NCBI GenBank assembly: GCA_965178125.1
Contig: OZ237758.1
Span: 186,001 to 250,000, forward strand
Source of the DNA: Bilabrum cf. latius
Lineage: Eukaryota
DNA length: 64,000 bases
Direction of reading: 5' to 3'
Shown here: piece by piece, positions 11,801 through 23,925 of the stretch
Numbering within the stretch: the first letter of the stretch is position 1
How the letters are laid out: every line of letters begins with the position of its first letter
Made by a program: the position numbers and the translations under genes
Notes under the pieces: model-generated
What the model was told of the DNA's origin: nothing
The model's database searches: none
What the model saw: the letters and a program-made list of their open reading frames with translations, nothing else

Positions 11801-14800
11801 CGGCTGCGGGACGCGTCGACCGGTGGGATTTTTGGCGCCGAGTCGGCCGCGTGGGGCGTGCAGGAGGCCTGGTCCCCTGGGGTGCCCACCAGCGCCCACG
11901 GCCTGTCGGCAGCCGTGTACCTGTCCGTGGGCTGGCAGAGCGTGGGGCACGCCCCTTCGGATCACGCGGTGTACTCGATGGTGCGTGCGTGGGTGGAGGC
12001 GGATGAGGACCGTAGAGACGCGATGGATGCGCACGGCAGCGAGTGGGCGGGCTCCGGGCACGGCCGGCAGGCCAGCTCCGGCGATCCTGTCATATGTGCG
12101 ATCGAGGAGGAGAGCAAACGGGAGGCGGGCGATGAAGACCCCGCGATGCAGGCGTTCGAGGACGATGCCGGGGTGGAGGGCGGTGCCTGGGCGGAGTTTG
12201 AGGTGGAGGACGATGACACGAGCGTTGACAGCGAGGAGCTGCTGGACATGGACGTGCAGGAGGCAGCGGACCTGGTACTGCGGAGGGCGGGCGAGGGGGA
12301 CGGCATGGGAGGGGCCGCTGACCACGAGCACGAGAACGTCGTTGGGATCCAGCGTGAGTCAAGCAACGCCAGTCGGTGGTCGGATAGGGAGCGGGAGGAT
12401 GGGAGCAGCCGTGGGTCTGAGAGTGGCGGCTTGGGGCGGGCGGGCGGTGAGACCTCGTCCACAGGGCTCATATCCCCGAGGGGACCCACCGCCAGCCAGG
12501 ACGGCAGCTCCAAAGGGGGCCAGCTGCCACACGCGGGCACAGCCTCTGTGCGGACGGACCGGCTGCCTTCATCTGCCACGGTCGGCGGGACTCCCCGCCT
12601 GGAGGGGAGCAAGGGAAGGGAGAGCGGGGGCAGGCTGCAGTCTCGCGCCACGGACGCAGAGCTGGGCCCTTCCTCCGGGTCGCTGCAGGCCAGCTTCCAG
12701 CTGGACGCGAGGCATCTGTCCAGGGGCAGCCAGCTGGAGGACGAGGACGAGGGAGAAAGAGGACAAGACGAAGAAGGAGGGAAGCACCGCGCCGGCGGAG
12801 CTGACGCGGTGGGTAGGACTGAGGACGGCTCCAACGGGCGCATGGGGGACGATGAGGTAGAGGACGTGCTACGGGGCCTGCCTGCGGGACTTGCACAGAT
12901 ACCTGACGGCAGGCGACGCTCGCTATCTGCGGATCCCTCCCAGCTCAAGCCCGCTGGCGCGAGACAGGCGGGTGCAGTAGGAGCGGTTGGAAGCGGCATG
13001 CCGGGTAGCAGGCTAAGCCAGGGAACAGCCTCCGGTTTACCGCTCGCGTCACCACCGAGACCCTCATCGCACGGCTCGGGTGCTCGCACGCCAACCGGAT
13101 TCAAGACCCCGCCGGGGAGCGAGGCTTCCCCTGCTGCATCCTCAGCGCAGGGCAGCCCCGGCAGAGGCGGGGGCGGCGACGGAGACGCCACCCCACGCAC
13201 CCCGATTGCGATGCGGAGCACCCCCAGGCGAAGAAGGAGCTCCTCACTGGACGCGTTCGGGGCCTCTGGGGCGGCCCACGTGGCGCTGCGGGCCGCTGCC
13301 GCCGCGACCGCCCGCGCCACCATGAAGCGAGAGGCTGGCGAAGCTGCAACCGCGGGCGAGGGCAAGGAGCAGTTGCAACAGCAGGAGCGCAGCTCTCCAG
13401 ACATGAAGAATTCCGCCGGGCCCCCGCGGCCGCTTCCCAGCATACCACCTCTCGTGATCGAATCGATCCGATCGCAGGACGAGGAGAGCTCTCCAGGCCG
13501 ACGTGGTTCAGAGCCCGTGAAGCGGCGCACCTCGCTGCTGACTGGAGAGGGTGACGACGAGGAAGATGAAATCGAGCGTGACAATGGTAGCAGACAGCTG
13601 GGCGTTTCTCCTCGGAGCTCCCCACATGGTGGCGGGGGTACTCCTGGGGGAGCAGAGGGGTCAGGCTCCGCCCAATCTGGCAGCGCTTCGGTTGGTGCGG
13701 GTGCCAGCGGCAGCATGCCCGCCAGCCGTGGGACCCAGGGAACAGGGCAGAGGCCACGGTGGAACGACGCGCAGCTGGCGGCGCGAGCGAAACTGCGCCG
13801 TTGTTCCCTTGTTGTGGCAGCCGCTGTGCTTGAGGTGCTCAGCGTGCGCGCGCAGGCTCAGGGCAGCGGGACTGACGGCCGCGAGCTGACAGCCATGGCG
13901 CTGTGGAGGGCGGGCGTGGGGCCTCTGGTGCAGTCGGCCGCGCAGCTGAACGGCGATGCCGCTCTGTTCGCTGCCTGTCTCACGCCCGAAGCCCGCAGGG
14001 GCGTGCTAGAGGCGGCTCTGAGCCTGCCTTTCTTGCCCGGTGATTTCTAGCAAGGAGCCAGTCGCGCGCCAAGAGGGGCTAAGGCTGCAACGGCCGGGCT
14101 TGGCCAGCACGCAGCACCGGGTGCCCCTGAATTCTTCTTTGAGCAGGCTCTCGAGGGCGAGTCGTCCGCAGCGGCAGCGGCTGCCAGTACCCAAGGCGGC
14201 TCCGAGGGCGGCACCGGCGACGGATCTCGGCCTGCGGCACCCACCGATGTGGCACTCGCGGCGTGGATGGACGGCTTGCACAGGCGCGCGATCACCGAGG
14301 AGGGCGGCATGGCCGACTTTCTGGCCGAGTCGGATGACGAGTGGGCGCTGCTGCTGGGCTCGGGGCAGGGCCATGGGCAGGAAGGCTAGCGCGGAGGGAA
14401 CCGGATCCTTAGCCTGGAGGAGACCGTGCTGCGGGACGCTTCAGCCCTGGCCTCCGGCTGCCTGACCCGGGCCCAGAGCAGACACATCGAGTCGCTGCCC
14501 AGCCCCGCCCTGCGAGTGGCCCTGCGGCGGGTGCTGGAGAGAAGGAAGGCCTCGGGGAAGGCGTTCCTCGCGGCGGGGTCCATGCAGCGGATCCGGTGGT
14601 CGCAGGCTGTGCTGGGAGGACTGCCCGCCAGCACGTACTCCTCGGAGGCGCTGGTGGACGTGGTGGCGGCCGGTAGGAAGCTGGTGTCGCTCTCCCAGAC
14701 GGTCGGGCTGCACGCCAGAGAGATGCTCGCGGAGCAGACCGTGCGGCTGTTCACCGGGGCTGCGCATGGTGCGGGCAACGGCAAGGGGCGCGGAAATCGT

Positions 14801-17800
14801 CAGGGCAAGGGTCCGCATGCCGCCATCCTGGAGCAGCTGTTCCGGAGCGGGGAGGCAGCGGGAGGGCTGGCCGGCGCTCTGCATGGGCCAGATGCACCCG
14901 CGCATGGGTTGGATCTAGCCCTCGTTTCTGCGGCTGCCAGCCGGGCGCTGTCACCTCTCAACGAGATCGGAGAGCCCGCCGTGCTGCCCTTTGTGCTGGC
15001 ATACTCGGCTGCGTTCGCTGCCGGGCGGTGTGGGGCCCCGTCCATACCCTTGCTGCCGAGGCACCCTGCCTCCGTGTTCTTCCCGTCACTGGGCCCCAGC
15101 GATCTCGGGAACGCCGGTGCGCAGTCCGCCGAGCTCCTGGCCAAGCTGAGGCGGGCGGACCTTGCCATCCCAAGGCCCGCCCGCGTGGGAGCGATCGCGA
15201 GGAGGATCCCGGGTGACGTGCGGTGGGTGCCGGGGCAGAGGGAGGAGGAGGTATCTGCCATCCGAACCGATGCAGTGGGTATGCCAGGGGGTGCGGCGGG
15301 CGGCGGGCTGGTCCCGGCCGGTATGGCCATGGACGACGAGGAGGGCCTGGTGCAGCACGGGGGTGATGCCGCTCTCATGGCCCACCTAGAGGCGGCGCAC
15401 GGCCGGCGGGGCAAGCCGCAGGCGATGTCGGTGATCGAGCGGTGGTCCATCGGGGAGCAGGAGGACGAGGATGACGAAGAGGACGAGCTGCTGCGGGGCA
15501 TGGCCCGGGCGGGCGCGGGCTTTAGGGGCAGAGGGGCCTCTCGGCAGCGGCCGGTGGCGGCTGCTGCTGCTAGGGTGCTACGCAGGGGCGACGCCGCGAT
15601 GCTGGAGGGAGACGCGGTGGCTGTGGGCGGGGCGAGGGAGGCTCCCGTGGGCCCCGGGGGCAGCCTGGTGAGACTGTCGCTGTGGAGGGCAGGAGATTCG
15701 CTGCGCGTGTGGCCGCAGGTTCAGGTGGAGCCGGGTGAGGACGTGAATGGCGCCGGAGATGGCACACTGCTGCTGCTGGACGGCGGTGCCATCGCGGCAG
15801 CGAGTGCTGTGGTGGGCTCTGCCGAGGGCATCGGACTGCACAGCGGGGGAGGGGCAGTGGCGGCATCGGCGTGTGCTCCCGCGGGCGCAGGGGCCGGCGG
15901 TGCGGGAGACGCCTGGCTGGTGGCACACCTGACCATTGCTGACGTGGCGCCTTCTAGGGTCCGCAGCGGTTTCGCTGCCGCCGCCCTTCGCCCCTGGCTG
16001 CTGTCGGGGCGGCAGGCCAGGCGGCTGGAGGCCCAGAAAAACGCAGAGAAGGAAGCGGCTGCCGCGGCCCGCAGCGTGGAGGGCAGCGCCAGTGGGGACG
16101 GGGACGGGGACTCTGCATCTGGCTCGGGCCCACGCGCCAGACGAGCATCGGACGCAAGCGCGGCTCGCGCGGGGGTGACGTCCAAGGCCAGGGCACTGCT
16201 GGGGGCAGGTGTCGCGACTGGTCCCGCGGCTCTGCAGTAGAGCGGGGCCTCGGCTGCAGGGTCTCAGGGCTCCGGTGACAAGGCCAGCGGGGCCGGGACC
16301 GCTGTGCATGCCGCTGTGCAGCGGGCGCGGTGGCAGGGCGTAGAGGTGCGAGCCACCACCAAGCAGCTCGCCGCCCTGCTGGTGGCGCTGGCGGCAAGTG
16401 GACGGGCGGGACATGCATTGCCGCGCGTTGGATTTGGGAGAGCAGAAGGCTCTGCTGCTGCTACTGAATCGTCCGTGTAGCCCGACTTCCTGATCCAGAT
16501 GCACGACGTGCTGGCAGGGGGCATCGCAGCGGCGCGAGACCTCGTCCAGGCAGCGGCGGGCGCGCAGATCGACGACGTGAACCTGGACAGGCAGGGCGAC
16601 CCTCTCAGGGTGGACGTGGAGGTGCAGCGGGCGCTTCAGGCGGCAGGGGACCACGTCAAGCGGCTGCTGGGGCTCAAGTCCATGACGCACGCGAGCGGTC
16701 GCATGGCGGATGCCTCCAGCAGCCACGCTGTGGTGCGCTTCGGCTTCGCCGTGCCGCCTCCTCAGCTGCGCGTCACTCCCCTCGTGCTGACCGCCTTCCC
16801 CATGCCACGTGTCGCAGCAGCCGGGCTGGCCGCTGGCGGGCTGCTTGGCACCGGCCTAGACGCCTTGGGGAGCTCTGCCGAGGTGCTTCACACCAGCAAC
16901 ATGGCCACGCTGCTCGGGTGGGTGTCGGGGTCTGCGGGGGGCTCTGCCGCGGGCTCCCTCCTGGCCTCGCCCCCCACGGGAAAAGCTGCCACGGTGGCCC
17001 CCGGGCACCACAGCATCGGCATGCTGACGGGACCCGCTGGGTTCGGCGGAGGTCACTCGGGAGGGGGGGCCGCGGGGGGTGGCCTGCCCGGGTCGCCTGC
17101 CGCGGGCGCTGCCACCGGCGGGACGGGCGGCTCCGGGTCCGGCTTGTTCGGTACGCAGGGCAGGGGCCGGCGGCTGGGGCGGCTGGTGCGGCACTGTCTG
17201 CGGCAGGTGGAGGAACAGGCCAGGGTGGAGCACATGGCGCAGGCCGCGCCCAGCCGTGGGCGGTCCGTGCTGCAGTTCCTCGGGGCCTCCTCCAGCGACA
17301 CAGGGTCCCGGGCCCGTGTGGGCCGCGCGTCCATCTCTGCCCTGCCTCGGTCCATGGGCTCCACCGCGGGGCAGTCACACGCCTCGTGTGAGGGAGGCGA
17401 CGCGCCCGGGCGGGAGGCAGCGGCTGCCGCCGCGCAGGCCGCCAAGAAGCGCGCCCTCGCCGTGGTGTTGGAGTCTCGTGTGACGAGTGACCCCGACTGG
17501 CGGGCGTGGGACTGGCACCTGGTCGCCCTGCTGCTGGACACGATGCTGCCCTCGCCGGCCGTGCTGGAGGCCGTGCTGGGCGAGACGGTGTTCATGCAGC
17601 GGCTCGGGCGGGCCTTTCTGCTCGGAGAGGCGGGGCTGGAGCTGCCCTCCGAGTCGCAGTGGGAAGGGTACAGCAAGCAGCTGTTCGAGGAGCAAACGAG
17701 CAGCGGGCTGTTCGGCCTGTTCTCTGGCAGGCAGCGGTCGGCCTCCACCGCCGCTGGGGCCCTTCAGCGGCCCTCCTCGGTTGCGACCATGGCGGCCGGA

Positions 17801-20800
17801 GGCAGGCCGGTGGTGCGGGCCACCTCTGACTCGGCGCCTTCAGGGGAGGACAAGGGCGCCGCGCAGATCTCGAGGGTGCCCTGGACGGCGGCTTCCCTGC
17901 GATTCGCCAGATGCGCGAGGCAGTGGCTGGTGCTGCTGCTGCACCACCCCATGGGTCGGCGCGCCCTGCTGGACACGGATGCAGGGGCCAAGGCGGCCGC
18001 ATCCGCGAGCGAGACGAGGCCCGGGGACGTCCTGCGAGAGCTCGTCCTGGCTTTGCTGCGGCAGTCGCTGCCGGGCGGTGGCACCAACCCGTGGCACGTG
18101 TTCGCAGGCGAGGACTCGATGAAGGAGCTGGCGGCGAACCATGCAGCGGCCGCGTGCCCCTCGGGTCCCCCCACGGCGAGCAAGGTGGAGTACGCTTCCA
18201 GTGCCTTGATCCGGTGGCGGTTCGAGCGGTGCGTCGCGCGAGAGATCGTGACTGCCATGCTGGGCGCGATGACTGCCTCGGAGCAGGGGCGGGCCGTGCT
18301 GCTGGAGCTGGGCAGGGACGACTGGGGCCGCAACGCGAGGGTCGGTCCGGGCAAGTCATCCTCCACTCTGGCACTGCGGAGGAGCACAGCGATGAGTGGG
18401 AGGGCGGGGGGTGCGACCCCCAGTGATTTGGGGTCGTCCCCGAGGGACGGCAAGGCAAGGCGGGGTTCGGTCCTGTCGGACGAGCGGAAGCAATCGAAGG
18501 CGGGCCAGGGCAAGGACGAGCGGTCACCTTCGTCGGCTTCGTCTTAGCCATCGCAAGGAGGGGCGCAGGCGGAAGGCGCAGGGATGGGTGCCCGGGCACG
18601 TGGCAGCACCGGGGCGGGAAAGACCCCGTCGACTTCCCGTGCCCGCCGAGCCAGCTCGCGCCGCGGCCGCGCCTCTCTCACCTTCGGCCGGAAGGAGCCG
18701 GACGCTGTAAAGGCGCTAGCTACGGCGCTGCTGCAGCTTGGGGAGGCGTCTTCACAGAGAGGCGCCGCTGGGGGCGCGCGAAGCAGCCTGCCCTCGGGTA
18801 CCCCCCTGGCGCGCAGGCCCACGAGCAGCTCGCCCAGCGGTTTCGGCCGCGCCGCTTCCCCCGCGCCTGTTTTCTCCTTTGGGGGACAGGCAGGCACGGA
18901 CACAGGCGCGGCAGCGGCAGTGGCAGCGTCAGCGTCAGCGTCAGCGTCAGGTCCCGCCCTGGGCTCTGCCGAGGCGCAGCCCAGGGCCACGCTGCTGCCC
19001 GGTAGTGTGGCGCGTGCGCCCCCCGGCAGCATCTTGCTGGGCGTGCAGGCCGTGTTTGGCCACTGGGCCACCCCCGCCCTGGCCGCCTCCATGGCCTACT
19101 GCCTCAAGCAGCCCGACGAGTCGCACCCGATCGGGGGCATGGTCCGGATGGGCCTCAGCGCGCAGCGGGACTACCTGTCGAGAGTGGTGGTGGGCGCGCT
19201 GAACCCGGGGGCATGCCAGCACTCTCGTTCCCTAGTGGCCACGTGGCTGGTCATGGGCAGCCGGCAGCTGAGGTCCCACGTGCTGCTCTGGATGCGAGTG
19301 TGGCTGCGCCGAGGCATGCCGCTGTACCAGCAGTGGGGGCTCCCTCTCCTCGTGGCGGTGGCCATGGCAGAGACCAGGGAACAAGGAGGGGACATGCAGC
19401 TGGCGGTGCAGGCGCTCTCGATCCTCACAGAGGCAGCAACCCTCAGCCCTGCCTACCGGCGCACCATCGTGGCGCTGGGTATCAGGCTCGCGCTGTTCCC
19501 TGCGCAGGCATGGGTCCCTCTTGCCATGGCCCTCGCGGCGGGTTGGGACGGAGAAGATGGGGGGGAGGGCGTGGCGATGCTGGCCGAGCAGGGCTTGCTG
19601 GCACCGCTGCTAGGGCAATGGAGGCTCCTTCGGCAGGTGGAGTGGGTGGCGCACTGCGACGCGTTGGCTGCAGATAGCCTGTCCGCCGGTGGTGTCGGCC
19701 TGCAGGGGCTGGAGGATCCCGCAGGTGCAACGGCCAGCGAGTCGGGCGGTGCCTCTGCCGTGCTGGAGTCACTGCGGGAGGCAGCTCGCATGCAGATGGC
19801 GGGCGTGAAGAGCGGGCTGGGCGGGCCAGGCGTGGGGCTGCAGGTGGCGGGTGGGTCCGTGGGCCCCGCCAGTACTGCGAGTGCTGGTGCTGGTGCCGGT
19901 GGCCCGGGCTCGGGCTCTGGCTCGGAAGCCGGGCGCGGGGGACCGGGGTCGGCTGTTGACCCAGGCACCCCCACGGCGGGGGCGCAACGGGGTGCCCCTA
20001 CTGGCGCTGCGTGGTTCCGTGGGCGGGATAAGGCAGGGCGGCGAGGCACTGCCACGACCGCGGAGAGCGGGCCGGGGAGAGCTGTTGAGGAGGAGGAGGA
20101 CGAGGAAGGACAGCACCCCCTCGGGGGTCCCGGCAGGGGGGTGTTCCGAGCTTGGACGCAGATCCAGGGGTTGGGTGCTCCCGCGGAGCCCGAGCCCGTG
20201 CCCGTGCCCATTTGGGCTCCGAGTCCGCAGTCCGCGGGCGGGATGGCGGGACAGACAGGAGATGGGCCCACCGGTGCATCGGCCTGGGGGGAGGGCTGGT
20301 CCCTGGAGGGGCTGGCCAGGCTGCCGTGGCGCGTGGAGGTCTGGGCCGAGTGGCCGCTGGAGACCGCCGTGGGTGGTGGTAACAGTGGTGAGGGAGGAGG
20401 GGGTGGCAGCGGCTCGACTGCTGGGGCCACTCCTGGTTTCTCCCGCGCCGTGCTCACGATGGACGCTCAGCTGGACGCGGGGCAGTACCACCCCGAGGTG
20501 GTGGATGTCCCCCTGGTGGGGTCAGGGGAGGAGGGCCAGGGGATCTCGCGCGCGGGGGGCATCCGATCGGGCCGATCCTCCCGCGCATCCTCCGTGGCCC
20601 TGCCCCCGGGGAACAGCAACAACAACAGGGGCAGGGGCAGCAGGGACAAGGTGCGGCGAGGGTCGGGGACATCCGTCGCGAGTGGGGCTCCTCACGGGGC
20701 TGGACCTGGACCACAGGGCGGGTCTGCTGCTAGCGGTGGCGCCGGCGGCACATCAGCTTCTTCGTCTCCATCCTCGCGCTTCGCTAGGGACCCGCGCGTG

Positions 20801-23773
20801 CCGCCGACGGGCGCCTGTGCCTCTGCCCGCAGCACGCCCCGCGGCTCCCTCCGGGTGGTGGCCCGGTGCATCAACAGCGCGGGGCAGCCCCAGCCCGTCG
20901 AGCTGCCGGCCACTGCGGTGGTGAAGGCGGCTCTCATCGTGGGCTCGCACGTTGTTGATTTAGGCTCCGGATCCGTGCCGTTTGGGGCCAGGCGCCCCAG
21001 CGCTCGGTCGCACGAGGCACTGGCGGCAGCGAGCAGCTCCCTTCCTGGCGTTGTAAACGAGGAGAAAACCGACGGGGCCGGGAGCCCGGGGCGGGGACTG
21101 GCGACGGGCTCGGGCTCTGGAGTCCCTGCCGCGCTGGCCGGGTCCGTCCGGGGCGCCCGTGCGGCAGCAGCATCGGCCGGGCAGCCATACCCGCAGTCTG
21201 CCCTGGGGGCGGGCTTCTACGAGGTGGAGCCAAGCCGCAGCCTCAACGATGCGGTGGACACGCAGCACTCCCGCGTGCAGGCCACGGGGGACCGGGCCAC
21301 GTACCAGGCCAGGGCAGGCGTCAGCGCTATGCTGCCTCCCCCCAGGTTTCGGTCGGCGCTGGAGTGGAGCAAGGACGCGGGCCTCCTGCGAATCGACCCC
21401 AGCACCTCTGTGAGCGCGGCAGCATCGTCCTCGTCGGGGGAGTGGGGCGCCCCGGGGGCCCCCAGCGGCACGGGCCGGGGAGGGGTGTCGCCCACTTCCG
21501 GGGGGGGGCAGGGGGGGGTCCCGAGGGCCTCCGTGGGTCCGTCCGCCGCTGCTGTTCCCCAGGCCCGCTCCACGGACCCCAAGCCGGTGGCAGGGGCGGG
21601 CGGCACGGCCTCTGAGGCGCGGGGCAGTGGCGTGCTGCACACGGTGGCAGAGACCGTCACCGCCAAGCTGAGGCCCTCCGAGGCGCACGCATAGCTCAAC
21701 AAGCTCGAGGCGAGGACCGCGAGCTGGTGCGCCGCCGGTGTGATGAGTGTGCTGGACCGGGCCGTGAGGGTATCCAAGAGGAAGGGGGCGGCGGGGCACT
21801 CGTCACACCGCCGGGCGGCCTCATCTCTGTCTCGGCCCTCCCTCGCTGCGGCGCTGCGGGCCCCAGTGGCTTCGCCTCGAGCCATCGATTCCCCGGTCGG
21901 GGATGTGGCGCGGTTCCGGTTTGACGGCGCGGCACGCTGGGGCGATATCCCGCCTTCGGCTGCTGCAGGGAACAACAAGGGCGGGGCTGACAGCGCCAGC
22001 GCGGACGGGGCTGGCAGCGCGCACAGCGGGCAGCTGGGGACAGGCGCCGGGCAGCGGGGCGGGGCCGCCTCTTTCAGGGGCGAAGCCGCCCTTGTCCGGC
22101 AGCAAGCACTCAGGTGCGCGCACACCATCCTGGATGCCGTCCCTGAGCTGCCGGGGCCCGCCTGCCCCGTGCCCGTGCCCGAGCCCGAGCCGACTCCGCG
22201 CGCCGTCCGCATGGCCGGCGGGCTAGGGGCGGAGGGGGCGCGGCTGCCCGGCTGCAAGCTCGTCTTCACGGAGTCCATGCTGGTTCCCGGCGCCGCGCAA
22301 TTGCACTCCGTCGAGTTCCGCATCCGCCCCCTCCCCGAGCGCCGCACCCGCCGCCCTGCCCCGCCACACCTGGTGGGCGCCCTCAGCAGGACCAAGCTCG
22401 GGAGGAGGCTGCTCCTGCGCTCGGGGCTGGTGCACGACGCGGCTCTGGCGGCGATGGACGGGCAGCTGAGCGACCTCCGCAGGCGGGCTGCGGTGTGGAC
22501 GCTGGGGCACTGCGGGAGCTGTCCCGCGGGGCTGGCGCTGCTGCTGAAGCACGTCAGTCCGGACATCGTGGTGCGGATGGACTACCTCGCGAGAGACAGC
22601 TCCAGCCTGGCGCTCAGGTGCACTGCACTGCAGGCCATGTCGCTCATGGCGCGGTCGGGCCGCGGGCGGGCCATGCTGCAGGGGCTCGGGTGGGTCACCT
22701 GCGACAGGGACGGGGCCTCGGCGGGGCTGGCGCCCGGGGTGCCGGGGCAGGCATTCCGGCCGCATATCCCCGTGCAAGCCGCCCTCTTCCCCACGGAAGT
22801 GCGCGGCGCCGGCGGAACCTCCGGGGGCGCCTCCTCGGCAGCCCGGGACAGCTCCCGCACCGGGGTACCCCTGTGCCCCGACCTTCCCGCTGGGTCCTCC
22901 GTGGCCGTTGTTCCCTCGGCCGCCTCGCAGCTGTTCACGCTGCCTGCGCGGAAGCAGGGGCAGGGCACTGCAGCGCTGGGGCAGGACGTACCACAGGTCC
23001 GGGTCGTGGAAGAGGAGGACGAGAAGAGGGGGGACGACAAGGGGTAGTCATCTGGGCAGTAGGGTAGTGGCAAGGGCTAGGGCAGGGGCAAGGGCCCGGA
23101 AGCAGCGGCCGAGGATACGGACGGCATCGGGTGCGCCCTCAGGGGCGTGCCCCGCATGTCGGGGCCCCCGGTGCACCACCGTGCAGTGCGGGCCAGCAAG
23201 TCGCTGCTCAGAGGCGTTGCCGCTGCCGGTGTGACGAGTGCGGACGGCAGTCCCGTGGCGGAGCTGGACGACGTTTTGGACGTGCGGGACGGTTTCTCCC
23301 ACCAGCGCCTGCCGCCCGTGAAGCCACGGTGGGAGCCAGTGCTGCGGGCCATCTCCGGCCTGCCGGTGCCGTTCATGGCGCGCAAGTGCAGGCGTGTGCT
23401 GGCGCGGGCGGCTCGCGGGGAGGAGGGGCGACGCCTGTTTCAAGAGGCTGGCCTGTACTGGCACGCGCACCACATCTTGGCCGAGAGTGGGTGCGGGCTG
23501 GCGGAACGGAGGGTGGTGCATTCCCTGTTCGATAACGTGCTGTTCCATGCCAAGGATTGGGAGGAGGAGCTGGGGACTGGGGAGCTGGAACAGGCGGGTG
23601 GGGTGAGGGGGCAGGCGAGATCGGGTGATGGGTCGAACGCGTCTCCGGCGGGGAGCGCAAGCGCGGCGAGCGAGCACGGGATCGGGGAGGACAGGCAAGT
23701 GCTCCTGCGGCGCATCGAGGACATGTGCGAGGAAGTCTAGAGGGCCAAAGGTGCTTCAAATGGGACCACTTGA
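5877..23773 (+). CDS. RICTOR: Giant Rictor (TORC2 subunit), about 5,925 aa, 2 exons (5877-6714, 6834-23773), 16 in-frame TAG
   Basis: Rictor-like blocks appear in the expected order: ERTEALKLAR...PRALVRSIV...FRMACIDTL (N-term); GRTWPGLL; HYRAVLLQAL; WDWHLV; WGLPLLV; HLVGALSRTKLGRRLL; AVWTLGHCGS...LRCTALQAMSLMARSGRGRAML..LGW (domain V); LYWHAHHIL...RRVVHSLF (C-term). All pieces after the predicted intron 6715-6833 (GTGAGA...CGCAG) share one frame, broken only by TAG. Ends in TGA at 23771. Confidence 0.88.
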
Positions 23774-23925
23774 AGCATCACTGCAGGCGATGCAAGCTAA
23801 GTGGCGGCGGTTCGCTGTGCCACACCTGGTTTTTAGCTGGGCCTAAGCAAGTGATCAGATCGATCCGGAATTGAATTTTAGGCAGAATCGCCACGCACAT
23901 TAACTTTATTTGCCAGAATACGTCA

